Shown: positions 51,895 through 62,599, counted from the first letter of the stretch. The stretch: DNA of 64,000 bases from Ginglymostoma cirratum (GCA_024137785.1 JAHRHZ010000056.1:11002433-11066432), one strand, 5' to 3'. The notes: a model not told the origin generated them from the sequence alone. A program made the numbers and translations.

Positions 51895-51909
51895 ATGTCC
51901 GGACGTTAA
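51895..51909 (+). promoter_or_regulatory. uORF1 in col1a1 5' UTR (MSGR*)
   Basis: ATG TCC GGA CGT TAA downstream of the predicted TSS. Confidence 0.8.
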
Positions 51910-51928
51910 AGAAAGTTTCCCTTTTTTA

Positions 51929-51976
51929 CCCCAAAGAGTCTACATGTCTAATATTTAGACATGTTCAGCTTTGTGG
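51929..51976 (+). promoter_or_regulatory. Collagen 5' stem-loop (LARP6-binding element) spanning the start codon
   Basis: CCCCAAAG-AGTCTA-CATGTCTAA-TAT-TTAGACATG-TTCAG-CTTTGTGG; same 48-nt architecture as the known fibrillar-collagen 5'SL. Confidence 0.92.
51944..51958 (+). promoter_or_regulatory. uORF2 within 5' stem-loop (MSNI*)
   Basis: ATG TCT AAT ATT TAG, ending 2 nt before the main ATG. Confidence 0.85.
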
Positions 51977-52042
51977 ATACGCGGACTTTGCTGTTGCTGG
52001 CAGCAACGTTAGTGGTGGGAAGATGTCAAGCGGACGATGACA
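51961..52042 (+). CDS. col1a1: col1a1 exon 1 coding part (signal peptide)
   Basis: MFSFVDTRTLLLLAATLVVGRCQADDD, 82 nt, phase 1, donor GTAAGT at 52043. Confidence 0.95.
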
Positions 52043-53079
52043 GTAAGTGTTCCTTTCTCGTTTTCCTTCTGTTTCGTCCTGAAGAACTGTTTTGAAAAAT
52101 CTCCCGTCTATCGCCCGCTTAAGAGGCGAACGCTACGATCGACATAACGGGAGAGGGATGCACAACTTTGAATTCTATTAAAAGTTTGCAAAGAAAGCTC
52201 TAATGTGAAATTGACTTGCAGGATTATAGATCGAAAAAATGTCAGGCAACATTTTCCTGATGTTAGCTTCAGACGGTAATGTTTGGAGTTTTCCGAAAGC
52301 TTGTTGAGTTTTGTTCGAACTGTGCAAACGATTTGAAATAGATTACCGCAACGAATTTCCTTTTATGGAATGGTTTTTCGATCTCTAGGGGATGGGTGCA
52401 TTAAAAGAAACCACATTTGTGCATTACGTGGCTGTCAGACTGTCTAACTTCTCCGCCAACCTACAAGAATTGCTGTATCCACCCTTTTAAGAAAGGCAAA
52501 CAGAACAAAGACAATTGTTGGGACCATATTAGTTGGAGTGAAGGAGTCCCGACCAGACAATTGGTTGAAAGCAGCTGCCTTTGATAGTGGGTGTGTCACT
52601 TTGGAGCAGATCCTTTGTGGCGAATTTCGAATAAGTTGGGTCCAAATGGAAAATAGTGTCAGAGAAGGAAAACAGACCACAACGCGAATTAAAATACACT
52701 TAAAATATTATTAAATTGAATAAAATGCATAAAGGAGTAAAATCTGGATTTGATTTTTAGTGATTTTCGCGTAGTTCTCAGTTTAGTTTGCAGGTACAAA
52801 TTGAATTTCATGCATAAGGTAGCTTTAAAGAAAATCGAAATTGTTCCAATTCCGAAAATTAGCGTATTTAAAGTTCAAGCCAAGTTAAAATTTGAGGGGA
52901 ATAAAAGTCGTGTTCGGAATAGAAGCAATCCAGATGTTTGGACATTATGTTCAAAGCCAAGCAAGTTGCGCGCAGGAGTCCAGTGCTATGGCTTAACAGC
53001 GCCATCTCTAGACAATATGTAAAATGGTAGCTGTTGTAAACTGGCTTTTTTCCCAAGACAGAGGTTCTTCTAATTTAAA

Positions 53080-53185
53080 ACAAAGACAAAACTGGCGGAA
53101 AAAGAAACTCGGCAGGGCTGGCTGCATTTGTGGAGAGAGAAAGAGTTAACGTTTTGAGTACGATATGACGCTTCGTCAGAAATCT
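53080..53185 (-). mobile_element. Old Penelope pLTR end in col1a1 intron 1
   Basis: aactcggcagggctggctgcatttgtggagagagaaagagttaacgtttt resembles the arm of the 10457 element; degenerate hammerhead core. Confidence 0.55.
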
Positions 53186-53737
53186 TTCACTTTAACTCTG
53201 ATTAACTCCACCACCACACTAACAATTCTGCACGGACGTGTTTTAAATGAAACGGCGTACCATTGACTAAAAATGATTTGAGTCGGATGCATTTTTGTGC
53301 CGTTTACTGCAGTGCTAAATCTGAGGTGGAGCTTGAGCGCCATCTGTTGAATTTCTCGCCTGATAATCTTGGCTTGAGAGCTTGTGTCAGTCAAGCAACA
53401 CGTTTCATTAAATAACGTGAGCGTAAAATAAAGGAAGCCCCTTTAAAATAAAGACCAAAATACTTGATGCATTGTCAAAACTTAAATGTGGAAAATTCTT
53501 GTGTTGCGTACAGGTCACAATGTCAAAAGTGCATGTTCTTTTTAAATTAAGGAGTAGCGTTATCAGTTCTATCTTAGGCTGTTTGGGATACAAAATAAAT
53601 AGCTAAACATGAATCTGCATACATTTTTTCGTCCCTTTGAAGTTGGTCACTTTTTTCCCCCAAAGCCGTTCTTGCCTTTCTGCCCATTAGAGGGCGTTCA
53701 GTATCACTGTGGTTGATATATCCCGTTTGATTCTCAG

Positions 53738-53932
53738 ATAGCGGAGATAGCTGCTACAAGGATGGAGAAACGTTCGAAAACAAGGATATCTGGAAACCCG
53801 AACCCTGCCTGATTTGCGTCTGCGACAATGGCCGGGTCCTTTGTGACGAAATAATCTGCGAGGAAACCATCGACTGCCCCAATGCCGAAGTGCGCGACGG
53901 AGAATGCTGCCCCGTCTGCCCCGAGAAAGATC
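53738..53932 (+). CDS. col1a1: col1a1 exon 2 (VWC / cysteine-rich domain)
   Basis: ttctcag acceptor; [64 protein letters not shown] (10 Cys); 195 nt; donor GTGAGT. Confidence 0.97.
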
Positions 53933-54703
53933 GTGAGTGTTTGCTGTGGTCCCTTAGTCAGTTGTTCGAAGGCGTCTTTACGTGCTCTCCGCCAGCCACC
54001 TGACAACTTCTCGCCTTACGTTCCCAAATTCAATTATCAACAGCAAAGTATTTAGGCAAAGGTAGCAATAAAAAGGTGCCAGGCAGCCAATCGAAGTGGA
54101 ATGAAGTATCCACTCGAATGGACAATTCTCAACATTGCTTTTTAAACGTAGTTAAACAAAATACACATTACGTTTGAAAGCTTTAGCTGAATTCAGTTCA
54201 AAACCAGTAATGGTAACATTATACTAGTCAGTCAGCATTTATGGTTTGCAAGAAACGTTTTGTCATTTTATGGTGAAAGTGACATTGAACGTTACGGGGT
54301 TATTTAAGACAGAAGTACCACAACTACAGCCACAATAAATAAACCACTTTTAATTTTAATTTAATTGAGCGTCTTTGATTTTTAAAAAAAACCCATGTTA
54401 TTGTCTTTTTCTGAATCATTTGATCTGAAAGAGGTTTTGTTTAAACCAATTTAAGCATTGTGGGTTTGTTTTTATAAAAATGGGTTTCAACTATGACATC
54501 ATTGAATGATTCAATGAACATGTCACAGCCCCAAGTAGAGCTAAAACAGGAAGGAGTCTTAGAAGTAATGTTTTGTTGGACTTTACTTCCTCAAAACATA
54601 TGCGCAGTAAATAAACTATAAGCTATTTCTAAGCAATAATTGCAATGCTTTCTGTTATTTGAGAAAACATGTTTATAAATTAATCTCTTTTATTTTGTTA
54701 CAG

Positions 54704-54720
54704 CAGAAGGCGGAGAAACA
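54704..54720 (+). CDS. col1a1: col1a1 exon 3 (17-nt microexon)
   Basis: T-rich tract + CAG acceptor, GTAAGT donor at 54721; converts phase 1 to phase 0 as required; encodes (P)EGGET; tandem acceptors possible. Confidence 0.8.
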
Positions 54721-54816
54721 GTAAGTATATCATATTGAGACAATACAACAATGACATATTTACACGGTTACTTGTAACATATATCCATACACTGACTTAT
54801 TAATTTTTCTTTCCAG

Positions 54817-54840
54817 TATCCCTCTGGCCCTGGTATTCAG
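54817..54840 (+). CDS. col1a1: col1a1 exon 4 (24-nt microexon)
   Basis: tttctttccag acceptor, CAG|GTAAAT donor; YPSGPGIQ, phase 0. Confidence 0.8.
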
Positions 54841-54963
54841 GTAAATAGAAATGCTTTTTATTTACAGGTCAACAAAAGATATTTTAAATCACAAAAGTTG
54901 AACATTTATTAACTTTACCTTTATTTGCAATTTTGATTGTAATACAAATACATTTTTTTTCAG

Positions 54964-55008
54964 GGACCTCAAGGCCCCAAGGGAGAACCTGGTCCTAAGG
55001 GTGATAGA
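54964..55008 (+). CDS. col1a1: col1a1 exon 5 (minor helix, 45 nt)
   Basis: GPQGPKGEPGPKGDR; AG/GT flanks. Confidence 0.93.
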
Positions 55009-55466
55009 GTAAGTTGATATTTTTAAACCATCTTATTGTTATCATCTTAATGAAACAAATGTGATATTATTGTTTCCAAACTATTAGGTCCTTGATTATA
55101 ACATAGCTTTTTTTTGAGAGAAGTTAAATTTCCAAAAGGCTATCTGAAAGAAAAAAGAGCAGATATTCATAGACACCATATGTAAAATGTAATAAGTTTT
55201 AAAACATAGAGGGCTTGAAGTTTAATGTATTACAATCATCCACCATTAATTGCTAGTATTATCCTTTTGGGGTTGCATTAAAATGAACACTAATCCTTTG
55301 CCAATGATGGAGAGGTTTCAGAGACAGGAAATGATGGTAAACAGGAAGTGACAACTGAAGAGATGACAATAGCTAAGAGTTGCTGAGGCTACAACTGCAA
55401 CTAAAGTGAAATGATATATGCAATATTTTCTTCTGTAACAATGAACATAATCTTTTGCATCTTTAG

Positions 55467-55568
55467 GGACTTCCAGGTTTACCAGGAAGAGATGGAATCC
55501 CAGGACCTCCAGGTCGTGATGGCCCCCCTGGTCCACCTGGTCAACCTGGAACATCTGGCCTTGGCGGA
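55467..55568 (+). CDS. col1a1: col1a1 exon 6 (minor helix, 102 nt)
   Basis: [34 protein letters not shown]. Confidence 0.95.
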
Positions 55569-55678
55569 GTAAGTAACCTTCAACACTTACCTGATGAAAT
55601 ACATAGTGCAATGGTTCTAAATATTTTCAATACATTTCACAGGCTGTAGACATCTAAAATCACTTTGCTTTCTTCCAG

Positions 55679-55750
55679 AACTTCCTCCCTCAGATGGGTG
55701 GTGGCTACAGTGAGAAAACATCTGGCGGTATTCCAATGCCTGGACCTATG
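55679..55750 (+). CDS. col1a1: col1a1 exon 7 (N-proteinase site and N-telopeptide, 72 nt)
   Basis: NFLPQMGGGYSEKTSGGIPMPGPM; P-Q cleavage site and telopeptide Lys. Confidence 0.95.
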
Positions 55751-56141
55751 GTATGAGCCCATCTTTCCCTTTTCCTCATACTATATATAAGGTGCAACAA
55801 TGGCCGTGCATAGGTTATAAAATTTTAGGTCAGTTTGACATTTCTGAATTAAGTAAGTTACATGTAATCACCTGAGAATGAAAAGACGTAGAATTAACTT
55901 TGACCTAGCAGAAAGAAAGTCTGTAACATTGAATGGTTTTGAGTATTAAAACTATTAATTTAAGATCATGGAAGAGTTGACTTGAGGACAGAGATTAGTA
56001 GGTGCATTGTTTTTAGCTTTTGTTTTGATGAGTTTTGACACATTGTTATAATCTTATTTCCAATTTAAGGTTAAAAAAACAAGTTACAAAGATCCATAAA
56101 ACTGTGTACCATTTTACTAACAAATCTTGTTTATGTCCTAG

Positions 56142-56186
56142 GGTCCAATGGGTCCCAGAGGAGCTCCCGGCCCACCTGGTGCACCT
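56142..56186 (+). CDS. col1a1: col1a1 exon 8 (45 nt)
   Basis: GPMGPRGAPGPPGAP. Confidence 0.96.
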
Positions 56187-56408
56187 GTAAGTATACAAAT
56201 GCTTTTTTTCCAAAAATGTCAATTGATCTTTGACTATTGAAGAAAAGGTTAAAAGTTAATGGCGTTAATACTTATCTAAAATACAAAATGTTAATCAATT
56301 TTCAATTATAAAAAGGACAGCAGAACTTAAATTGGAAAGCAATATAGATTCTGAGTACACTGAAAGACCATGATTATTAAAATGTGCTTTATGTTGTTTA
56401 ATCTTTAG

Positions 56409-56462
56409 GGTCCTCAAGGATTCCAGGGACACCAAGGAGAACCTGGTGAACCAGGTGCACCT
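56409..56462 (+). CDS. col1a1: col1a1 exon 9 (54 nt)
   Basis: GPQGFQGHQGEPGEPGAP. Confidence 0.96.
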
Positions 56463-56780
56463 GTAAGTACACAGTAAACTAAAAGTCACTGCTGTTCTCC
56501 TTAAGAGCACCATGTTGATTCATGTTAAATTTGTTTTAGAAACATATAATTTCTACTCTATAAAATAATTCCCCTCAAGGCGGGATTCTTTTTACCACTC
56601 GATGCTTTGTGAAGATAGTTTACAAATGTATAGATGCTGGGAATGAATGCCTTGTGACACCAGCTGACAGTTTCACTAACAGATTGAAAGCTTAGCCTTT
56701 TAGAGCAGTGAACTGCAAGACACCAGTTCCTTGTGTTTACCATGTCTTAATATTGTGACCTTACATTTTTAACTCTTTAG

Positions 56781-56834
56781 GGTCCAATGGGTCCACGTGG
56801 TCCTCCTGGCCCTCCTGGAAAGAATGGTGATGAT
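56781..56834 (+). CDS. col1a1: col1a1 exon 10 (54 nt)
   Basis: GPMGPRGPPGPPGKNGDD. Confidence 0.96.
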
Positions 56835-57167
56835 GTAAGTAGCACCAAACGGTCTGTAAATGTACTTAGTACAAAAATATAAAACAGTTAGCTACTTGCT
56901 TTCTGTTTTTGGACAGAATTACATGATATATTCAGCTTTAATTTCACAAATCTATTTTTGACTATTGAATCTATTCACTTCTGCCAAACTGAATTTATAT
57001 TGGAGCTGTGAATGGTAATTAATAGCATAAATTTTAAAACCCAGTCCTTGAAACATACTGAATAGAATTAAATTCATAAATGTGCATATTAGCTAGGTGC
57101 ACGTTTGTGTCTTATTCAAGATAATTGATAGTTTACAAATGGCTGACCTTTCTCTTTTCCTCCATAG

Positions 57168-57221
57168 GGTGAAAATGGCAAGCCTGGTCGCCCAGGTGAT
57201 CGCGGTGCCCCTGGTCCACAG
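57168..57221 (+). CDS. col1a1: col1a1 exon 11 (54 nt)
   Basis: GENGKPGRPGDRGAPGPQ. Confidence 0.96.
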
Positions 57222-57470
57222 GTAAAACATTTTCCACCAAACCTTCTTAAGGATATTGCAACATGCCTGTAATCGAGTATGTCAGTTTTTCTCTATTATG
57301 TGCTTAGTTACTGAATATAGCACAAGAGGAAGTGGGCATACTGAAATTATCAACATTCAAACATATTGCCTTGGTATCAAAAATGCATGCATGCATCCAC
57401 CTTATATAATTCTCCACTTCTTTGCAAAAGCAGATTTCCTATATTTTACAAATCGTTTGTTATATTTTAG

Positions 57471-57524
57471 GGTGCTCGTGGTTTCCCTGGAACTCCCGGA
57501 CTTCCAGGAATCAAAGGACACCGA
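57471..57524 (+). CDS. col1a1: col1a1 exon 12 (54 nt, helical cross-link KGHR)
   Basis: GARGFPGTPGLPGIKGHR. Confidence 0.96.
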
Positions 57525-57704
57525 GTGAGTGCAATTTTGCAGTTTGGTTAAAAGTGATACATCAATATGCAGACAATTATGTTTGTGAAAATGATACTGA
57601 ATGTTTTTGTATAGTAAATTGAATTCCGAAAAATGTGTTTGGCTTCAAAATATTTGTTAGTTTAGTAGAGCCTTATTTCTCATCACTTTTCCCTTTCTGT
57701 ACAG

Positions 57705-57758
57705 GGTTACAATGGTCTAGATGGTGCTAAGGGTGATCCTGGACCTGCTGGACCTAAG
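57705..57758 (+). CDS. col1a1: col1a1 exon 13 (54 nt)
   Basis: GYNGLDGAKGDPGPAGPK. Confidence 0.96.
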
Positions 57759-57886
57759 GTAATGCATCCATGTACCTTTGACAAATTTTGTTATAATGGT
57801 GTCGTTTCCTTTGTGCACAATAGTAGTATTATTTGCGTAATAATAGGTCAGCATTCTAACGGTGATTTTCATTTTACTTATGAAAG

Positions 57887-57931
57887 GGTGAAGCTGGTGC
57901 TCCTGGTGAAAATGGCAGCCCCGGTGTAATG
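57887..57931 (+). CDS. col1a1: col1a1 exon 14 (45 nt)
   Basis: GEAGAPGENGSPGVM; AAG acceptor. Confidence 0.95.
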
Positions 57932-58483
57932 GTAAGCAAATTAACCTTTTTCCTGCAAAAACAGCCATTATAGAGTTCCTTGGAAAATTACAATATGTAA
58001 GAAATAAATTTTATCATATACAGTCCATTTGTTTGGTAGCCATTTACATGGATATAATTAAGCTGTAAAGAAGAAAACACACTGGGCCTGGATGAGTGAT
58101 ATCAGTATTGCTTAGGAAAGCAGTTTGCTGTTACTATCTATATGTTCTTCAATTAATTAATTAAGTTAAAAAAGTGGACATCAGTATAAAGGAGAGAATA
58201 CCATAGGAGCGCCCACATCTGATATTTCTGCAGATTCTTCATTGAAAAGCATAGGTAACAAGAATCAGTCGTGCAATTAAATTTTGCTAGAGATTGCTCT
58301 GATCTGCTGAAGATAAGGCCTAAGATGAAGGGAATCACCAAGAAATTGGTGGGCCTACCTTTGAAACAAAATTTGTTACCTTTGTAGATGGATACTGCAA
58401 TCACACAAGCAAAAACCATGACACCATAGGGTTTTGTAGTTATAATGATGGATAGAAGTAACATTATGTATTACTTTGAACAG

Positions 58484-58537
58484 GGTGCACGTGGTGTCTC
58501 TGGTGAGCGAGGTCGACCTGGTCCCGCTGGTGCTGCT
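58484..58537 (+). CDS. col1a1: col1a1 exon 15 (54 nt)
   Basis: GARGVSGERGRPGPAGAA. Confidence 0.96.
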
Positions 58538-58681
58538 GTAAGTACAAAATTATATTTATAAACTGATTAGAATACCTGAATGATTTGCTGCCTTAAGGAT
58601 TTATTTTACATTTACTTGTATAGTTGTTATTTGACTCATTTGGTACAGGATAACAATGAGCTCCTCCTTTAACTATTGCAG

Positions 58682-58726
58682 GGAGCTCGTGGTAACGATG
58701 GTGCTGCTGGTGCAGCTGGCCCACCT
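58682..58726 (+). CDS. col1a1: col1a1 exon 16 (45 nt)
   Basis: GARGNDGAAGAAGPP. Confidence 0.96.
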
Positions 58727-58825
58727 GTAAGTACCTCTTGTTTGATTTAATCCCTCTACATAAGATTTACAGATTACTTTTTCTCTTCTTCAGAATGTAA
58801 CATGATCTAAATACTTATCTTTCAG

Positions 58826-58879
58826 GGCCCTGTTGGTCCAGCTGGCCCCCCTGGTTTCCCTGGTGCTCCTGGTGCAAAG
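58826..58879 (+). CDS. col1a1: col1a1 exon 17 (54 nt)
   Basis: GPVGPAGPPGFPGAPGAK. Confidence 0.96.
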
Positions 58880-60258
58880 GTATAGTATATATGCTACAAT
58901 TTGGCATTTAAAATTATGGCTATCTCTTGACCCAATTGATGTTCTTCATGATATCACCTTAGCAAGCGTGTCTCTGAATGGGGAGAAATGAATAAGAAAG
59001 CTCCTTCTGTGGTAAGGAGGTCAGGTTGAAGCAAATTCAGCTTCGACATGGCTCATACATTGCAAATTGTTCATGCCTTACATTGTTGGTGCAGTACCTT
59101 ATCCTGGTGGCTTTAGTGCCTCAGTCTGGTGTGAGAATGCAGTTACCTTTGACTCCACCAACTGTCCCTAGAGAATAAAAGTAGCAAGCACTATTCTTCC
59201 TTGTTACGCTGCTAGCTTGGATTTAAAAGATATATCTAATGCATTTTCCAAGGAATTTTTCTGTCAGAAGAATGCTGTTGACTGCATCTCTCAATTGCAA
59301 TCAGTGATGCATTGACATTACGCATCTTTGTGAATAGTTCTTGACTATTCTCCTAAGGAGAAAGGAGTGATTTTCATTTAAGCCAAGGCAGACATCTAGC
59401 CCTGAACATTTTTGTTCTGAGCCAGAACAGAGGTGAGGTGTACCTTTTGAAGAGAACTGTGGTCTGAGTTTCAAAATGGAGGCAGTTGGGGTGTAGATTT
59501 GGGTGGGAATAGTGCACAAGATTTTCCTAAAATATTCACAGCTTAATATCTGATTAAACCAAGAGGAAATAAACAAAGGAACAATAGTTTGAAATGAGGT
59601 TTGCATGCGCATTGAAACAACATTAATTTTATAATTTTGTATAATAGGGAGACCATCTTTATGTTAGAATTACATTGCAGCTAGAAACATGGGAATGGGT
59701 CATTTAGCTCCTTTGTTGTTCTGTGACTTAACCTCATTAGAGTTAAATACTGTTTTAGCTTGGTGTAGAAAAATGAAAAATAATTGTTCCTTTATTTATT
59801 TTTAATGAGTTCACTTTTTAAGTATTCAATATTTTCCTATTTTAATCATATCTGTTCATTATGGATATTACAATTGGACATCAATGTGTGTTGAGATGCC
59901 AGCTTGATGGGCACATGCCACGAAGCCGATTATATTATGGAGCAAAGCCACTTCATCTAATTCAAACTGAATAGCCTCAAAGGAACACCAAACATTGTTC
60001 AACTTTGCAATGCTCAAGTTGTCAGACATTTTTCACTTTTGTGACATCTCATGGTATGCTTTAATAACCCAAACAAAATCCTAGTGGCTTCTACTCAGTA
60101 AAATCCAGGGATATTCGGTGAAATGATGGAATACCAGTCCTTTGGAAAGGGCCTAGCCATTTCTGCCTGAACATCTCTGTGCTGCACTAGAATTCTAGCA
60201 CTAAAGACAAATGAAGCAGTTTGTTCAGTCAATATCAATCGATTTGTTTTTGCCTTAG

Positions 60259-60357
60259 GGTGAAGCTGGTCCTGCTGGTGGTCGTGGCGCTGATGGTCCT
60301 GCTGGTGCTCGTGGTGAACCTGGCAACCCTGGACCTGCTGGCCCAACTGGTGCTCCT
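60259..60357 (+). CDS. col1a1: col1a1 exon 18 (99 nt)
   Basis: [33 protein letters not shown]. Confidence 0.96.
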
Positions 60358-60598
60358 GTAAGTATTTGAGGTTTGTTGGGGGGAGGTGGGAATTCATGTT
60401 GGGATTAGGGATATTGTTCCATAGGATTCCTGAAAGGGCAAGCATGTGTTGCCCATCCTGAACTCAACTTCATAGATTAATTCTCCTTGTTTGAAAATTC
60501 AAAAGACTGTCAACCATAGCATTTTGCATCTTTGATGTCTACGTGCACCTAAGCTTTCTCAAACATTGATCTCATTTAATTTTTCTTTTCATCATTAG

Positions 60599-60643
60599 GG
60601 TCTCCCTGGTGCTGATGGTCAACCTGGAGCCAAAGGTGCAGCT
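60599..60643 (+). CDS. col1a1: col1a1 exon 19 (45 nt)
   Basis: GLPGADGQPGAKGAA. Confidence 0.96.
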
Positions 60644-60748
60644 GTGAGTAAATAATTTTTTTTTGCTTCCTGAATTATTTTGGTAAACTGGGATTTTCTG
60701 GTAAATTGATGATTGTAATGAGTGATATTGTAACTGCTTGTGTTTCAG

Positions 60749-60847
60749 GGTGCTCCCGGTATTTCTGGTGCTCCTGGCTTCCCTGGTCCACGAGGACCAA
60801 GTGGCCCACAAGGTGCTGTCGGACCTACTGGTCCTAAGGGTAACACG
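60749..60847 (+). CDS. col1a1: col1a1 exon 20 (99 nt)
   Basis: [33 protein letters not shown]. Confidence 0.96.
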
Positions 60848-62002
60848 GTAAGTGCCTTCTGGATCCACAGAACTTTATCTGTTTCTCATCTTAATAATAA
60901 ACACTGAGCCATCCACTACATTGAGAGGGAGATTAGAATCATCTTTCAAGTGTTAGTGGCTCTGGTGTATTTCTGGACCAGCCATTCCATCAAGATTTTA
61001 AGTCACACGTTTTGGTACCAAATGAAGCTTTGAATGGACTTGTATTACTCCAGACTCAAAATTAGTTGTATATTTGTGATATAATGATATACCCCAAAAT
61101 CAATAAAGAGTTTAAATAAAAGTAGAAGTTTAAGTGACTTGGCTTGTATTTCATCTTTAGACCTATTCCATTCTGCCCTATTAATTTTCATAGTATTTCT
61201 TACTTCAGTTGTTTTAGCTTTTATCTTGCCCTTTGCCCCACCTGTTCGGGGATTTGACTTCTATTCCAAAGTTGAGTAAGTTGTCTGTCAAGTGGGCCCA
61301 CTATTAGGCTGAAGATAGGATCTAATGGCTGTTTTACCATTCACTTGACCTCTAGGACATCAGACCATGAACTGGTCTCATCACTTAAGACAAGTGGTCT
61401 ATCATTTTATGTGTACATTTTGAAAACAAGCACTTGGTGAAGATTTTCTTCAGCAATCAGAGAATTGATTACCATCAAAATAAGATACTCATCATTGAAG
61501 TGCTAAAGCTTAATATGAAGGCCAAAATCCACAACTCAAGTCAACGAAAACTAACCAGCTGTGCTGTATTGACAAATTTAAAAGAGCACTGACCATTGTA
61601 AAATTTTATTCATCAAAAGGAACACAAGTGTGTATGTGACCACAAATATTTTAACTACAAAAAGTAAACCTAGCACTTACTTTATCTGCAGTCTAGTTGA
61701 TCTGTACACATTACACAATGTCAAATAGCTGACATTCCATGTAAATCCAACTGATCTCCCACTGTAATTCTCGTGTCAAGTCTGTGGAACATCTGTGGAG
61801 ATTATACCAGCAACTGAACACAACACTTTTCACTGTTCCCTTAGGGCTCTGGTGATCTCCAATTGGACATACAGCAGAACATCAGTAAAGCTTCTGTAAA
61901 ATTTCAGGACCAAGTTTTCAGAAGAGCCAAATCACTTTTTGTAAAAGAACCCTGATTCATAATCGACCTCTGATGTTTAATGACATTTGTTTGTCCCTTT
62001 AG

Positions 62003-62056
62003 GGTGAGGCCGGTGCTCCTGGTGTCAAGGGTGAACCTGGTGCAAAAGGTGAACCT
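62003..62056 (+). CDS. col1a1: col1a1 exon 21 (54 nt)
   Basis: GEAGAPGVKGEPGAKGEP. Confidence 0.96.
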
Positions 62057-62215
62057 GTAAGTATTTGTCCTCAACTTTAAGCAATTATTTGCATTCAGCA
62101 GTTTCATAGGTTTTAATCTAATAGGAAATATGATCCAATGTTCAATAACACTCAATGCAACAAGAATGAATTGCCCCAGTGAATGGTTACTGATAATAAC
62201 TTTGATATTTTCTAG

Positions 62216-62323
62216 GGTATTGCTGGTCCTTCAGGTCCCCCTGGCCCAGCTGGTGAGGAAGGAAAGAGAGGTGCCCGTGGTGAGCCTGGCATTCAAGGTC
62301 TTCCTGGCAGCCCTGGTGAACGT
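62216..62323 (+). CDS. col1a1: col1a1 exon 22 (108 nt)
   Basis: [36 protein letters not shown]. Confidence 0.96.
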
Positions 62324-62439
62324 GTAAGTTAAAAATGCTATTTTCATCATTATTAAATTGGTAGGCTAATGTTTCACCAATCTCTGAGGTAACAACAATG
62401 ATGCGTAATCTTATACCTTTAACTTTCTTTCCATTGCAG

Positions 62440-62493
62440 GGTGGCCCTGGACTCCGTGGTTTCCCTGGTAGTGACGGTCCAATGGGTCCCAAG
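62440..62493 (+). CDS. col1a1: col1a1 exon 23 (54 nt)
   Basis: GGPGLRGFPGSDGPMGPK. Confidence 0.96.
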
Positions 62494-62599
62494 GTATGGA
62501 AATTCTTCTGAAGTTCTTCTGTTCTGTTCATTGTTACAGCAACTGTGCAGTCTGTAAATTCCTTCAAGTTTCTCAGTTTATGTTTCTTTCGTTTTGCAG

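Larger units (their letters stand above)
48800..54300. promoter_or_regulatory. CpG-rich domain over promoter, exon 1, intron 1 and exon 2
   Basis: CpG dinucleotides are visibly frequent here compared with CpG-poor flanks; boundaries by eye. Confidence 0.65.
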
